In this document: positions 19,258-30,430 of the stretch, in pieces | Position numbering within the stretch: position 1 is the stretch's first letter | Layout of the letters: the number at the start of each line of letters is the position of its first letter | Source of the DNA: Methanobrevibacter sp. | Lineage (GTDB): Archaea; Methanobacteriota; Methanobacteria; Methanobacteriales; Methanobacteriaceae | Assembly: GCA_024689425.1 (NCBI GenBank) | Contig: JAILDN010000004.1 | Coordinates: forward strand, 12,464-76,463 | Direction of reading: 5' to 3' | Length of the DNA: 64,000 bases | Made by a program: the position numbers and the translations under genes | Notes under the pieces: generated by a model | Seen by the model: the letters and a program-made list of their open reading frames with translations, nothing else | Told to the model about the DNA's origin: nothing | The model's database searches: none

Positions 19258-20607
19258 CTATCTCATAAATTGACCCATCATACGGTTCATTGCACCGCCA
19301 CCTAGACGACCGCCACGTTTACCAAACCCTTTCATGGTCTTTTTAGTGTTATTATAATATTTTAAAAGTTCTTTAACTTCTGATTCATCAACACCTGCTC
19401 CGCGGGCAATTCTTTGAACTCTAGATTGTTTAATGATTTTTGGATTTTCCATTTCTTCTTGAGTCATGGATGACATCATGATTTTATATGATTCAATTTT
19501 ATCTTCAGTCATTTTAGAAGCTTCTTTTGTGACTTTATTACCCATCCCAGGAATCATATTCAATACTTGTTGCATAGGCCCCATTTTATTCATCATATCA
19601 AACTGATTTTTCATATCAACAAGAGTGAATTTGCCTTTTAACATATTATTCATGGTTTTTTCAGCAACATCCTCATCAATATTTTCTTCAGCTTTCTCAA
19701 TTAAACTTTTAATGTCTCCCATTCCAAGTAATCTTGAAATAAATCTTTCTGGATCAAATAATTCAAAGTCATCGATTCGCTCCCCAGTACCGATAAATTT
19801 AATTGGAGCTCCGGTTTCGGCTACTGCAGACATTGCACCTCCACCTTTAGCTGAACCATCTAATTTTGTAATAATGATTGAACCAATATCAGTTGCCTGT
19901 GAGAAAGCTTTGGCCTGTTCACCTGCTTGCTGACCAATTGTTCCATCAATAACAAGAATAGCTTCATTTGGATTAATAATCTTGTCTAATTCACCCATTT
20001 CAGCAATTAAATCAGATTCTTCTTTATGCCTACCCGCTGTATCGAAAATAATTACCTTACGATTTTTAAATTCTTTTAAACCTTTTTCAGCCAAATCAAG
20101 TGCATCTTTATTATCTGGGTCACCGTAAAGTGGAACATCCATTTCTTCTGTTAATTGCCTTAATTGTTCATAAGCAGCGGGCCTCCATGTATCTGTACAT
20201 ACAACAGCAGGATTGAAACCTTTTTTCTGTAGATATCTGCATAATTTTCCAATAGTGGTTGTTTTACCACTACCTTGAAGACCTAAAAATAAAATCTTAT
20301 AAGGTCTTTCATTGATATCTAAAGTGGCTGCTTCACTACCTAGGAGATTTACCATCTCTTCATAAATAATAGTTATAACATGTTCTCTTGGAGTAATACC
20401 CTTTGGAGGTTCTTCTTCAAGAGCTCTTGATTCAATTTTTTTAGATAACTCTAAAACTAAAGCGATATTAACATCAGATTGAATTAATGCACGTTGAATG
20501 TCTTTAACAACTTCTTTAATTGTTTTTTTATCAATTACTGACATTCCTACTAATTTTTTCATAGTATTAGTAAGATTTTCACCTAAATTTCCAAGCATAC
20601 TCATCAC
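19258..20607 (-). CDS. srp54: Signal recognition particle 54-kDa protein (ATG at 20604 or 20598)
   Basis: [27 protein letters not shown]; Met-rich M domain. Confidence 0.97.
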   Translation of the reverse strand: MMSMLGNLGENLTNTMKKLVGMSVIDKKTIKEVVKDIQRALIQSDVNIALVLELSKKIESRALEEEPPKGITPREHVITIIYEEMVNLLGSEAATLDINERPYKILFLGLQGSGKTTTIGKLCRYLQKKGFNPAVVCTDTWRPAAYEQLRQLTEEMDVPLYGDPDNKDALDLAEKGLKEFKNRKVIIFDTAGRHKEESDLIAEMGELDKIINPNEAILVIDGTIGQQAGEQAKAFSQATDIGSIIITKLDGSAKGGGAMSAVAETGAPIKFIGTGERIDDFELFDPERFISRLLGMGDIKSLIEKAEENIDEDVAEKTMNNMLKGKFTLVDMKNQFDMMNKMGPMQQVLNMIPGMGNKVTKEASKMTEDKIESYKIMMSSMTQEEMENPKIIKQSRVQRIARGAGVDESEVKELLKYYNNTKKTMKGFGKRGGRLGGGAMNRMMGQFMR

Positions 20608-20732
20608 TTTAAGTAATTATTTAAATTAATTTCACTTCCAACATACTAAGTTGAAAATCTTATGATAAATTTTATAATTATATTAAGATATATTTATATT
20701 TATATTAAGTTTTAAAATTTTTGTGTGATACT

Positions 20733-21302
20733 ATGTTAGAGGAAGTAAAAAAATCTTTAGAATCATCACCAGTTGTAAAGAAAGGGGACTATAATTATTT
20801 TGTTAATCCTATAAGTGATGGAGTTCCTGCAATGAAACCAAGATTATTACGTGAATTGGCATTATCTGTCCATAAACATGCAGATTTAAATGTTGACAAA
20901 ATTGTTGCAGTAGAAGCTATGGGAATTCATTTAGCTACAGCATTATCACTTGCAACAGATATCCCATTTGTCGTGATTCGTAAAAGAGAATATGGTCTTG
21001 AAGGAGAAACACAGGTATATCAAAAAACCGGTTACGGATCATCCAATCTCTTCATTAATGATATACATGCAGGAGAAAAAATCTTACTCATTGATGATGT
21101 TGTAAGTACTGGAGGAACTTTAATTGCACTACTTAAAACACTGCAAGATATAGGAGCAGAAATCAAATCCACAGTAGCTGTTATTGAAAAAGGAAACGGA
21201 AAAGAAATTGCAGAAAAAGAAACCGGTCTAAAAATATTATCAATTATTAAACTTGATGTAATAGATGGTAAAGTAGTTATTGAAAAGACTATTGAAGATT
21301 AA
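20733..21302 (+). CDS. hpt: Purine (hypoxanthine/guanine) phosphoribosyltransferase
   Basis: [21 protein letters not shown] loop [12 protein letters not shown]. Confidence 0.85.
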   Translation: MLEEVKKSLESSPVVKKGDYNYFVNPISDGVPAMKPRLLRELALSVHKHADLNVDKIVAVEAMGIHLATALSLATDIPFVVIRKREYGLEGETQVYQKTGYGSSNLFINDIHAGEKILLIDDVVSTGGTLIALLKTLQDIGAEIKSTVAVIEKGNGKEIAEKETGLKILSIIKLDVIDGKVVIEKTIED

Positions 21303-21303
21303 T

Positions 21304-22302
21304 ATGTCATTATACAATATGGATTTAGATAAAGTAATCCGTAAAATAAACTCAAAAAACATTAGAAATGTAGGTCTTCAATTTCCAGAAGGCCTTAAAA
21401 TGCAAGCGGTTAATATTGCAAGAATAATTGAAGATGAATGTGATGTAAATGTCATTATTTCAGGCGACCCTTGTTTTGGGGCCTGCGATGTAAGTGACTA
21501 TAAAATGAAAGATTCTGTTGATTTGATAATCCATTTCGGACATACTCCTCTACCGATTAGATATGAAGTTCCAACTCTTTTTATAGAGGCTTTTGCTAAC
21601 ATTGATGTTAAAGAAGATTTGAAAAAGTGTCTTGAAAGTTTAAAAGATTATTCCAGAGTCGCACTTGTTACAACAACACAACACCTACATTTACTTAATG
21701 AAATGAAAGATTTTCTAGAAGACAATGGAAAAGAAGTTGTTCTCGGTTCATCAAAAAGTACAAGAAAAGGACAAGTTTTAGGTTGTAATTTTTCCTCAAT
21801 AAAAAATTTAGATGCTGAAGTGTTTTTATTTATTGGTAGTGGAAATTTTCACCCTTTAGGAATATATTTATTTACTAAAGCACCTGTTCTAGCACTTGAT
21901 CCTTATAATAATGAATTAAGAGAAATGACTGATTATGCAGACAGGATTTTAAGAATTAGATTTGCAAGAATCACAAAAGCGCGTGAAGCAAAAAAATGGG
22001 GAATAATTGTGTCTTCTAAAGAAGGCCAATACAGATTGGAACTTGCACGTGAAATAAAAAAGCTGCTTAAGGATAGTGGAATGGAAGGATTCATAATAAT
22101 GCTTGATAATGTAAATCCTGACGTGTTATTACCTTATCTTGATTTAGATGCATTTATAGTAACTGCATGTCCTAGAATAGCCATTGATGATTCTCAGATG
22201 TATAAAAAACCGCTGATTACCCCACAGGAATTAGAAATTGTACTGAATAAACGAGATTGGGAAAACTATCAATTAGATGAAATACTATTTAGAAGAAGAT
22301 AG
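21304..22302 (+). CDS. dph2: Diphthamide biosynthesis enzyme Dph2
   Basis: [41 protein letters not shown]. Confidence 0.94.
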   Translation: MSLYNMDLDKVIRKINSKNIRNVGLQFPEGLKMQAVNIARIIEDECDVNVIISGDPCFGACDVSDYKMKDSVDLIIHFGHTPLPIRYEVPTLFIEAFANIDVKEDLKKCLESLKDYSRVALVTTTQHLHLLNEMKDFLEDNGKEVVLGSSKSTRKGQVLGCNFSSIKNLDAEVFLFIGSGNFHPLGIYLFTKAPVLALDPYNNELREMTDYADRILRIRFARITKAREAKKWGIIVSSKEGQYRLELAREIKKLLKDSGMEGFIIMLDNVNPDVLLPYLDLDAFIVTACPRIAIDDSQMYKKPLITPQELEIVLNKRDWENYQLDEILFRRR

Positions 22303-22376
22303 TACACTAACTTTAAATATTAACATTTATAAAATTATTATATTAATGAAATTTTTTCTTACTTTGGTGATTTAAT

Positions 22377-22949
22377 ATGGGTGTAGAAAAAGAACAAATT
22401 GTAATGCCAGGCGATAAATTAGGTATAATTGAACAGTATGTACCTGGAGAAGGTACTTATGATGACGAAGGAGACATTAAATCATCAGTACTAGGAAATG
22501 TAAAAATTAATCAAAAAAAGAAAGTTATCTCTGTTGACTCAAAATTTGGAAAACCTGCTCTTTTAAAGAAAGGAGATATTGTTTACGGTCAGATTACCGA
22601 TATCAAACCACAAAGAGCAAATATTAAATTAGAATGCATTAAAGATAATCCAAGACCATTAGCATTGCCTTATATGGGAGCAATCCACATATCTCAAGCT
22701 AAAAAAGATTATTTAGAAAAATTAGGTGATGCATTCAGAATAGGAGACATAGTCCAAGCAAAAGTAGTTAAAATAACTGGAGATAATGTTGATTTAAGTA
22801 CTGTAGATAAAGACTGTGGCGTATTAAAAGCAATGTGTACCCGTTGCAGAGATTATATGCACACAACTTCCAAAAAAGATGAAGTTCAATGTAATACTTG
22901 TAATAAAAAAGAAAAACGTAAAGTTTCAATAAACTATGTAAACGAATAA
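22377..22949 (+). CDS. csl4: Exosome RNA-binding subunit Csl4
   Basis: VMPGD.LG..E, S1 domain, FRIGDIVQAKV, C-terminal zinc ribbon with RKVS. Confidence 0.92.
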   Translation: MGVEKEQIVMPGDKLGIIEQYVPGEGTYDDEGDIKSSVLGNVKINQKKKVISVDSKFGKPALLKKGDIVYGQITDIKPQRANIKLECIKDNPRPLALPYMGAIHISQAKKDYLEKLGDAFRIGDIVQAKVVKITGDNVDLSTVDKDCGVLKAMCTRCRDYMHTTSKKDEVQCNTCNKKEKRKVSINYVNE

Positions 22950-22962
22950 TAAGGTAGATAAA

Positions 22963-23238
22963 ATGAATAATATCAAAATTCTTAAAAGTACTGCAAATGA
23001 AATCGAATTTGAAATAGAAGATGAAAGTCATGGAGTATGTAATGCTTTAAGACATATTTTAATGCAAGATGATGATGTTGAATATGCAGTTTATAATATT
23101 GACCACCCACTTACTGGAAAACCAATCATGACCATAAAAACCAATGGTGCTGACCCAAAAGATGCATTAAAAAAAGCTGCTGAGCAACTTAAAGCAGACA
23201 GTGCAGATTTCAAACAACTTATTGAAGATAATTTATAA
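22963..23238 (+). CDS. rpoL: RNA polymerase subunit L (Rpo11)
   Basis: EDESHGVCNAL and YNIDHPL. Confidence 0.94.
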   Translation: MNNIKILKSTANEIEFEIEDESHGVCNALRHILMQDDDVEYAVYNIDHPLTGKPIMTIKTNGADPKDALKKAAEQLKADSADFKQLIEDNL

Positions 23239-23278
23239 CTTCAATATTTTCTTATTTTTATTATTTTTGTGTGATACT

Positions 23279-23698
23279 ATGGGAAATTATAGAAATCCCA
23301 GTTTAACCGCGGATATTTTCATTTATGATGAAAATAAAAATTTTATTTTAATAAAACGTGGGAATGAACCTTTTAAAGATTACTGGGCATTACCTGGAGG
23401 ATTCGTTGATTACGGTGAATCCGTTGAAAAAGCTGCAATAAGAGAAGCTTTAGAAGAAACAAGCATAAATGTAGAATTAGAAAAATTAGTTGGGGTTTAT
23501 TCAGAACCTAACAGAGATCCCCGAAGACACACAGTAAGTATCACATACACGGCAAAAGGAAATATGGAGAATATGAAAGCTGATGATGATGCATGTGATA
23601 TAGGTATGTTCACAAGAGAAGATTTAAAAAAATTGAGTATTGCATTTGATCACGAAAAAATTATTAATGATTGCTTGAATGCTATTTTAAGTAAATAA
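23279..23698 (+). CDS. NUDIX hydrolase (ADP-ribose pyrophosphatase-like); true start 23279
   Basis: WALPGGFVDYGESVEKAAIREALEET, RDPRRH, AFDH; GTGA RBS before ATG 23279. Confidence 0.9.
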   Translation: MGNYRNPSLTADIFIYDENKNFILIKRGNEPFKDYWALPGGFVDYGESVEKAAIREALEETSINVELEKLVGVYSEPNRDPRRHTVSITYTAKGNMENMKADDDACDIGMFTREDLKKLSIAFDHEKIINDCLNAILSK

Positions 23699-23773
23699 TC
23701 TGTGTAAAAAAAGTATAACTTTAAATAATTTAAAAAAAAAATTCATTATAGTATAGTGAAAAATGAGAGGTAG

Positions 23774-24094
23774 ATGATTATGGAATTTTGCCCAAATTGT
23801 GGAGCAATGTTACTTCCAAACGATGATAAACTCAAATGTAATAGTTGTGGATACATAAAAGATTTAGCTTCAAACGATGAACAATACTCCGTTTCACAGA
23901 AATTAAATGAAAATAAAGGTGTTGTTAATTTAGGTGAAGCTGAAGATATGAGATCACAAACTACTGAAATTTGTCCAGAGTGCGGTCATGATAAAGCTTA
24001 TTCTGAAATTAAACAAACCCGTAGTGCAGACGAAGCACCAACAAGAATCTTTGAATGTGCCAAATGTGGCCATAAATGGAGAAATTACAATTAA
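23774..24094 (+). CDS. tfs: Transcription factor S (TFS)
   Basis: Two zinc ribbons and acidic hairpin QTRSADE. Confidence 0.94.
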   Translation: MIMEFCPNCGAMLLPNDDKLKCNSCGYIKDLASNDEQYSVSQKLNENKGVVNLGEAEDMRSQTTEICPECGHDKAYSEIKQTRSADEAPTRIFECAKCGHKWRNYN

Positions 24095-24105
24095 GAGGAA
24101 AATTT

Positions 24106-25074
24106 ATGAAAGATTCTAAAAAAGAACATAGGATTTCTAATTTAAAAAATATGATTAATCATGTTAACGATGATGAAATCAATGAAATAGAAATTAATAC
24201 TGACAATGAAGAAATCCAAGAAGATGAAGAATTAATTAATTATTTAAATGAAAATAATGATTCATTTGAAATAGATGATGAATACATTTATCGTCCTGGA
24301 GAAGATAATCCTCATGCAATAAACTTAGAAGATGCTGAAATTGATAAAAATTTTATTATCGAAGCAGATATTAACGAAGATTTAAACGAAAAGTCAGAAA
24401 TCATCAAACCTGATGGCCTCGAAGAAGAAGTAAATGAAAACTTTGATAATTTAATTAATATTAAAATAGGTGAAAAACCTATATTGGCCTTTGTAAGTTT
24501 AATTCTTGGAATCATATTTATAATTGCCTCAATAATAGTCTTTAATGCAAGAACAGACAGAATAATCGATAATGTTGTTTCTGGTGAAAATCAGTTTATA
24601 ATGGTAGTTTTAATACTTATTGGAGTATTATTAATTATCTATGCCTTATTCAAAATTTTCAATATTAAAAGTCCATTTGAAAACATGATGGAATCCATCA
24701 GTGAAGTTGAAGAAGAAAAAGAAAGTCTAAAGAAAGTTGAGGATGAAGAACAAGTCCTTCCTAAAAGTAACATCCCTCTCGACAAAGAATCCTACAAAAT
24801 TGGGGAGTTCAACATGGAAGAACTCAAAAATAACCTAAAAAGCTCTTTTTCCAAAACCGTAGATAAAACCAAAAAAACACCAAAAAAAGAAACCACCACT
24901 GAAGAAATAAATGTTGAAGACTTACCTTCTGCACGTGAAAAATCTGATGATAAAAAAGGTCTTATTAAAGAAGAAATTGAAGAAATAGATTACGAAAAAG
25001 CAAAACTTGAAGGCGAAAGTATTGATGAAATTTTTGCTGAAGTTGAAGACCTACCTGATGATAAAAATAATTAA
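24106..25074 (+). CDS. Hypothetical acidic protein with two central transmembrane helices
   Basis: GAGG RBS; E/D/N-rich termini; hydrophobic ILAFVSLILGIIFIIASIIVF and FIMVVLILIGVLLIIYALF. Confidence 0.75.
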   Translation: MKDSKKEHRISNLKNMINHVNDDEINEIEINTDNEEIQEDEELINYLNENNDSFEIDDEYIYRPGEDNPHAINLEDAEIDKNFIIEADINEDLNEKSEIIKPDGLEEEVNENFDNLINIKIGEKPILAFVSLILGIIFIIASIIVFNARTDRIIDNVVSGENQFIMVVLILIGVLLIIYALFKIFNIKSPFENMMESISEVEEEKESLKKVEDEEQVLPKSNIPLDKESYKIGEFNMEELKNNLKSSFSKTVDKTKKTPKKETTTEEINVEDLPSAREKSDDKKGLIKEEIEEIDYEKAKLEGESIDEIFAEVEDLPDDKNN

Positions 25075-25084
25075 ATTTAATTTT

Positions 25085-25158
25085 GGGCCTGTGGTCTAGT
25101 CAGGAATGACACAGGACTTCGGATCCTGAAATCGGGGGTTCAAATCCCTCCAGGTCCG
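25085..25158 (+). tRNA. tRNA-Arg (anticodon TCG), no intron, CCA not encoded
   Basis: Acceptor GGGCCTG/CAGGTCC, anticodon stem CAGGA/TCCTG with loop CTTCGGA, T-loop GTTCAAATC. Confidence 0.95.
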
Positions 25159-25160
25159 TT

Positions 25161-26990
25161 TTATTTTTTAACTCTCACAACTGCTTCTTTAAAGAAATCA
25201 GGTACTAAAAATTTATAGATTGGACTTTTAAGTATCATATTTATATCCGCATCTAAAATGTAAGTATAACAATAATCATCTTCAGCACGCATTCCCCTAC
25301 CATATGCCTGCATTAATGTCATTACTGTTTTATATGCATACCATTTTTGGTCGGTTTTCCTTCTCATATTAATTTGTTTATCTCCAAGATATGGGAATGG
25401 TATTTTATAGATTACTTGAAATCTACACTTATCATAGGGTAAATCAACCCCTTCACTCATTGAAGGAGAAACTAAAACAAGCGGATTTTCATCTTTTTCA
25501 AAATAATCCAACATCTGCTCCCTATTAGCGGAATTATGAGAAATCAACCTTGAGTTATGTAAATTATCATTGATGAAATGCTGACATTTATAACTATTGG
25601 TGTGAATTAATCCTTTTTCATCTTTATGTTTTTCAAGTATTTCTTTTAATATAGGGATTGTTTTAGGAGCGGTTTTATTAACCCTGCTTTTAGACATTTT
25701 TCCCGCTAAATTTAAAATTATAGGCCTTTTTTCTTTTGTAAATGGGCTATCAACTTTAATATGATAAACTTCTTCTGGAGATAAACCTAACCATTTTGAG
25801 AACAAATTACTGGATAAAATCGTTGCACTCATGAAAATAACAACATCCCCATATTTGAGTAAGCTATTTTGAGCATAATGATGAACTCTCAATGGTTTAA
25901 ATGATACACCTGCTTCATTAGTGTCAATGACCCAATTTTCAGGTTCTTTTTCCAGATTATTCTTAAGTGTTTTGAGTCTTGAAATGGTTGAATGGATTCT
26001 TTCTGCCTTATTTTTTGATAAATCCTTAATGTCAATGTCTTCATAAGCTTCCCCAATAGCTGCAATTTCCATGAGCCAATCTTCTAATTCCCCATCTTTT
26101 AAAGTTTCTTTAGATATTACTTTACTAATGTCTTTTTCTAAACGGTGATTATATAAATTTACTTCCATCGTGTTCATTAATTTGGATTCTATATTATGCG
26201 CTTCGTCTAAAATAAGTAATGAGCGAGTTCCAAAATGTTTTACATAATTTAACTCTGCAATAGCATAATCATAATTCATTAATGTGATGGGGGAGTTTAT
26301 TGCATTTGCTTTTTGATTCCAATAATGACAATGAGAATGAGATTGATAAAACACCGCTCCACCGAAAGAATCTTCAAAAGCCAATTCAGCATCCAATGTT
26401 GGATTTTTAGCAACACCATAAGGGCAAAAAAATTTGCTGGAAGTCGGAGAGGTTTTACAAGTTCCCATATCACAAGTAACATCCAATCCATCGTTTAAAC
26501 ATGAGAAATTAGATCTTCCTTTAACTAACGGAAATTCAAATTCATCACAGTATTGGGACTGTAATTGTTTTGTCATAGTTAAAATATAAGCAGATTCATA
26601 CATTTTAGCTAATGTTGTAGCAATTGCGGACTTACCGGTCCCAGTTCCTGCTTCTAAAATAATATATTTATATCCTTTTCTAATTGCATCATGAATATCC
26701 TGAATAATCTCAAACTGACCTACTCTAGGCTCGTCAAATGGAAAATTTTCAATGATTTCATCATCAATATGGGGGTACTCATCCTTTAGTTCAAGGAACC
26801 TATTTACTTGCATTTTATGGTCTTCAATAGAATAAGACTCTTGAATCTCATCATCCAAAATAGACTTTGTAATAGGCTTTGAAAATGAAAATAGATTAGT
26901 AGAACCCTCATTTTCAAAAGATTCCTTATTTTTACAAATACAATTGCTTTTAAGCATACCACAATTTGGACAAAACATAGAATTTGACAT
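25161..26990 (-). CDS. XPD/DinG-family SF2 helicase with N-terminal Cys4 motif; likely start 26990
   Basis: FPFDEPRVGQ (Q motif), EAGTGTGKS, Cys-rich Fe-S-like region, LDEAHN, EGVDLP, QAYGRGMR. Confidence 0.88.
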   Translation of the reverse strand: MSNSMFCPNCGMLKSNCICKNKESFENEGSTNLFSFSKPITKSILDDEIQESYSIEDHKMQVNRFLELKDEYPHIDDEIIENFPFDEPRVGQFEIIQDIHDAIRKGYKYIILEAGTGTGKSAIATTLAKMYESAYILTMTKQLQSQYCDEFEFPLVKGRSNFSCLNDGLDVTCDMGTCKTSPTSSKFFCPYGVAKNPTLDAELAFEDSFGGAVFYQSHSHCHYWNQKANAINSPITLMNYDYAIAELNYVKHFGTRSLLILDEAHNIESKLMNTMEVNLYNHRLEKDISKVISKETLKDGELEDWLMEIAAIGEAYEDIDIKDLSKNKAERIHSTISRLKTLKNNLEKEPENWVIDTNEAGVSFKPLRVHHYAQNSLLKYGDVVIFMSATILSSNLFSKWLGLSPEEVYHIKVDSPFTKEKRPIILNLAGKMSKSRVNKTAPKTIPILKEILEKHKDEKGLIHTNSYKCQHFINDNLHNSRLISHNSANREQMLDYFEKDENPLVLVSPSMSEGVDLPYDKCRFQVIYKIPFPYLGDKQINMRRKTDQKWYAYKTVMTLMQAYGRGMRAEDDYCYTYILDADINMILKSPIYKFLVPDFFKEAVVRVKK

Positions 26991-27030
26991 TAAAAATATA
27001 TTAGTATAGTATACTATAAATAAATTATAT

Positions 27031-27049
27031 AAGAGCATTTGATAACAAA
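27031..27049 (-). promoter_or_regulatory. Dispersed 19-bp motif, copy C (17/19), upstream of the helicase
   Basis: Minus strand TTTGTTATCAAATGCTCTT, then 10 nt, then TTTATA. Confidence 0.6.
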
Positions 27050-27066
27050 TATTTAAAAGTGATTAT

Positions 27067-27768
27067 ATGTCAGAAAGAGGAAAATTATTCGGAATTGGTG
27101 TAGGACCAGGAGATACAGAATTATTAACATTGAAAGCTGCTAGAATTTTAGAAACAGTCCCTGTTGTTTTTTCACCAAAATCTTCCAAAGAAAAAGAGAG
27201 TATTGCACTTTCAATAGTAAAACCAATAATTGAAAAAAGAAAAGATTTTAAAAAGTTAATGGTTGTAGAACCGATATTTCCAATGATTGAAGATGAAAAA
27301 GAATTAGAAAGATGTTGGACATCTGCTTCAGAAATGATTGCACAATATCTCGATACCGGACGTGACGTGGCATTTATAACTCTTGGAGATCCATCAATAT
27401 TTAGTACTTACTCTTATGTGCAAAAGAAATTAAAAGGAGCATATGAAATTGAAACTGTTCCTGGAATAACTTCATTTACAGCTTGTGCAGCTGCTCGTAA
27501 CGAAGCGTTAGTTGAAAAAAATGATATTTTAAGCATTATCCCTAAAATTGATGACAGATTAGATGATGTTATGGATTACAGTAATGCAATAGCTTTAATG
27601 AAAGCATCAAGAAATATGAGAAAATTAGAACTAAAAATTGAAAACAACAAACGTACAACCGACATTTATTCAGTGCAAAACTGTACTCGTGAAAATGAGA
27701 AAATTATTGAAGGATTTTCAAAAGATAAGCCTTATCTTACAACCACAATTATTAAGTTAGATGATTAA
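27067..27768 (+). CDS. cobI: Precorrin-2/cobalt-factor II C20-methyltransferase
   Basis: GIGVGPGDTELLTLKA, FITLGDPSIFSTY, VPGITSF. Confidence 0.9.
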   Translation: MSERGKLFGIGVGPGDTELLTLKAARILETVPVVFSPKSSKEKESIALSIVKPIIEKRKDFKKLMVVEPIFPMIEDEKELERCWTSASEMIAQYLDTGRDVAFITLGDPSIFSTYSYVQKKLKGAYEIETVPGITSFTACAAARNEALVEKNDILSIIPKIDDRLDDVMDYSNAIALMKASRNMRKLELKIENNKRTTDIYSVQNCTRENEKIIEGFSKDKPYLTTTIIKLDD

Positions 27769-28535
27769 TTTGATTTGAAGCGCCGTGGTTCAACTTCAAA
27801 AACACATTTTCCATCACCCATAGTATAGCATTGGATTTCTATTACACTTACTGGCTGGTTGAAGTATTCGCTGAATAATGCTTCAAGAATTCCAGTATCT
27901 AAAAAACATGCAGGTTTACCTGTTTTTGGTAATAATTGACATTCGAAACAGTCTAAAGAAGTTATTTTTATTACGCTTCCTATTTCAAATGAAAGTTTGC
28001 CTAGGCCTTTTGTTTGCCAGAAATTTGAAATGTTTTCTAAAAATATCTCTAAATCATCATCATAAACAGAATCAAATAAAGCATTGCCAATGCGTACACC
28101 GGTAGCTTGTAAAACAGGATCAATATTAATTCCTTCCTGAATAAGCATTGATCTTAATGTGTGGAACAATAAAACAGTGAAATCTCCATCATCATTAACG
28201 ATATTTTCAATTAAATAATCCTTTTGAGTCTCTTCAATTTCTTTTTGCTCAGAAAGATTTACAGAACCCAAATATTTGGAGTTGAGATAGAAAATTTTTT
28301 TTCTATTGTCTTTAGGATGAACTTTAAAAGAAACAATACCTGATTCCCTCAAACCTTTCAAATGAACAGAAATAGTAGATTTTGATTTACCTGTGTTAGA
28401 AACAATTTCATCAAATTCCATCTCACTACCCCTAAGCATTTCAAGAATAGTTAACTTTACTGGACTTTTTACAACATTTACTCCAATATTTTTTTCTGGA
28501 TTTGAAAAAATTTGAATTGGTTTTTCGTCACCCAT
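27765..28535 (-). CDS. msvR: ArsR-type HTH plus V4R-domain redox regulator (MsvR-like)
   Basis: N-terminal wHTH (KSKSTISVHLKGL); V4R domain with Cys cluster DCFEC..PACF..QCY..KC; divergent from fprA as established for MsvR. Confidence 0.8.
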   Translation of the reverse strand: MGDEKPIQIFSNPEKNIGVNVVKSPVKLTILEMLRGSEMEFDEIVSNTGKSKSTISVHLKGLRESGIVSFKVHPKDNRKKIFYLNSKYLGSVNLSEQKEIEETQKDYLIENIVNDDGDFTVLLFHTLRSMLIQEGINIDPVLQATGVRIGNALFDSVYDDDLEIFLENISNFWQTKGLGKLSFEIGSVIKITSLDCFECQLLPKTGKPACFLDTGILEALFSEYFNQPVSVIEIQCYTMGDGKCVFEVEPRRFKSN

Positions 28536-28632
28536 TTATATACTCCCCTTGTTTTTAATATTTATTTTTAAGTTAATATAATTAACTAATAATATTATAT
28601 ACAAAATAATAAAAAAATAAAAAAATTTAATC

Positions 28633-28660
28633 AACTGTTCAATTAAAAAAGCGAACAGTT
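28633..28660. promoter_or_regulatory. Inverted repeat AACTGTTC-N12-GAACAGTT between msvR and fprA
   Basis: Perfect 8-bp arms upstream of TATATATA (about 28677-28684); a TTCGTA half-site lies at 28721-28726. Confidence 0.5.
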
Positions 28661-28759
28661 TCTTAAAAGAAAATCTATATATATTCACATACACAAAAAT
28701 TACTATAAGTCTGTATGTCATTCGTATAGATTGAAACAAATTTTATTCGAGGAATAATT

Positions 28760-29986
28760 ATGAAAGCTAATGCCAAAAAAATAGCAGAAGGAGTATATTG
28801 GATTGGTGTTCTTGACTGGGATTTAAGAACATACCATGGATATACCTTAGATGGTACCACATACAACGCATACATTGTATTTGGTGAAGATAAAGTAGCA
28901 ATTATCGATAATGCTTACCCTGGAAAAACCGCGGAAATGATGGCACGTATCGATGACGCATTTGCTCAAGAAGGCAGAGATGTAGCAGTAGACTACATTA
29001 TCCAAAACCATGTAGAAAAAGACCACTCCGGTGTTTTATATGATTTACATAAAAGATTCCCGGAAGCACCAATTTACTGTAGTAAAATTGCTGTAAACGG
29101 TCTATTAAAACACTACCCTAACTTAGAAGGTGCAGAATTTATTACTGTTGGTACTGGAGACACATTAGATGTTGGTGGAAGAACTTTAGCATTCTTAGAT
29201 GCATTCTTACTCCACTGGCCAGACAGTATGTTTACATTACTTGCAGATGAAACTGGAATTTTATTCCCTAACGATGCATTTGGTCAACACTTATGTTTCA
29301 CACAAAGATTTAGTGATGAAATCCCTGAATACGTGTTAATGGATGCAGCACAAAAATTCTATGCAAACTTAATTACTCCACTTTCAAAATTAGTGCTCAA
29401 AAAATTAAATGAAGTAGTTGAATTAGGATTACTCGAACAAATTAAAATGATTGCACCATCACACGGTCAAATTTGGACTGACCCAATGCAAATTATTGGA
29501 GCTTATCAAAACTGGGCAACTGGTGTATGTGAAGATAAAATCACTATCATTTACGATACAATGCACTATTCAACCCAAAAAATGGCTCATGAAATTGCAG
29601 AAGGTGCAATGTCTGAAGGATATGATGTTGAAATTTTCTTCTTACACGAAGATGAAAGATCAGAAATTGTTAAAAGTATATTAACAAGTAAAGGAATCGC
29701 AATTGGTGATCCAACAATAAATGATGTACCATATCCAAGTATTGGGGACATCATGTACTACTTGAAAGGTCTTTTATTCAACAGAACAGGTATTGAAAGA
29801 AAAGCCGTTACCTTTGGTTCAATGGGTGGAAGAGGAGGATCTCCTGAAAAACTCGCTGAAGAATTAGGTAACTGTGGATTTGATATCGTGGACACCCAAG
29901 AAATTTACTTTGTACCAAATGAAGATGAAAATGAAGCAAGCTATGAACTTGGTAAAAAATTAGCGCAAGCTTGTAAAGAATTATAA
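28760..29986 (+). CDS. fprA: Flavodiiron protein FprA (F420H2 oxidase)
   Basis: [39 protein letters not shown]; flavodoxin domain. Confidence 0.94.
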   Translation: MKANAKKIAEGVYWIGVLDWDLRTYHGYTLDGTTYNAYIVFGEDKVAIIDNAYPGKTAEMMARIDDAFAQEGRDVAVDYIIQNHVEKDHSGVLYDLHKRFPEAPIYCSKIAVNGLLKHYPNLEGAEFITVGTGDTLDVGGRTLAFLDAFLLHWPDSMFTLLADETGILFPNDAFGQHLCFTQRFSDEIPEYVLMDAAQKFYANLITPLSKLVLKKLNEVVELGLLEQIKMIAPSHGQIWTDPMQIIGAYQNWATGVCEDKITIIYDTMHYSTQKMAHEIAEGAMSEGYDVEIFFLHEDERSEIVKSILTSKGIAIGDPTINDVPYPSIGDIMYYLKGLLFNRTGIERKAVTFGSMGGRGGSPEKLAEELGNCGFDIVDTQEIYFVPNEDENEASYELGKKLAQACKEL

Positions 29987-30016
29987 AATCAAAAGATTAA
30001 ATGGAGATGATTTAAA

Positions 30017-30430
30017 ATGGTAAAATACGAACATGAAATCGGAATTACAAAAGGAACACCTGTAGAAAACTATGTTGCAGGAAACTTTGAAGGAGAAACT
30101 AATGAAGTGGGTATCTATTTAGCTATGTCCAGACAAGCTTCCAGAGAAGGTTACGGAGAATTAGCTGAAGTATTCAAAAGATTAGCATGGGAAGAAGCTG
30201 AACATGCTGCAAGATTCTGTGAAATGAACGGAATTATTAAAGATGACCTCAAAGCTAACATAGAATGGATGATGGGCGGAGAAAAAATGGCTAACGCTGA
30301 AAAAAGAGAAGCTTCCGAAAAAGCTCAAGAAGCCGGAATTGAAACCGCTGCTGATTTCTTCAGAGAAAGTTCCAAAGACGAAGGTCGTCACTACAAAATC
30401 TTAGAAGGTATTTTAGAAAGATACTTCTAA
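30017..30430 (+). CDS. Rubrerythrin-like (ferritin-fold) protein without a rubredoxin domain
   Basis: Di-iron motifs GETNE, EEAEHA, EKMAN, DEGRH. Confidence 0.85.
   Translation: MVKYEHEIGITKGTPVENYVAGNFEGETNEVGIYLAMSRQASREGYGELAEVFKRLAWEEAEHAARFCEMNGIIKDDLKANIEWMMGGEKMANAEKREASEKAQEAGIETAADFFRESSKDEGRHYKILEGILERYF

Noticed and set aside
25085-25158. tRNA-Arg as an integration site for an island
   Set aside because: No duplicated tRNA 3' end or integrase noticed; the flanking genes are housekeeping.
23201-27038. Long N-terminal extensions in the ORF track (23201, 24076, 27038; likewise 45168, 39812, 62121)
   Set aside because: RBS position and family alignment favour downstream ATGs; the extensions are intergenic sequence.
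28536-28875. ORFs 28536-28739 and 28675-28875 across the msvR-fprA intergenic region
   Set aside because: Low-complexity translations of AT-rich promoter DNA.
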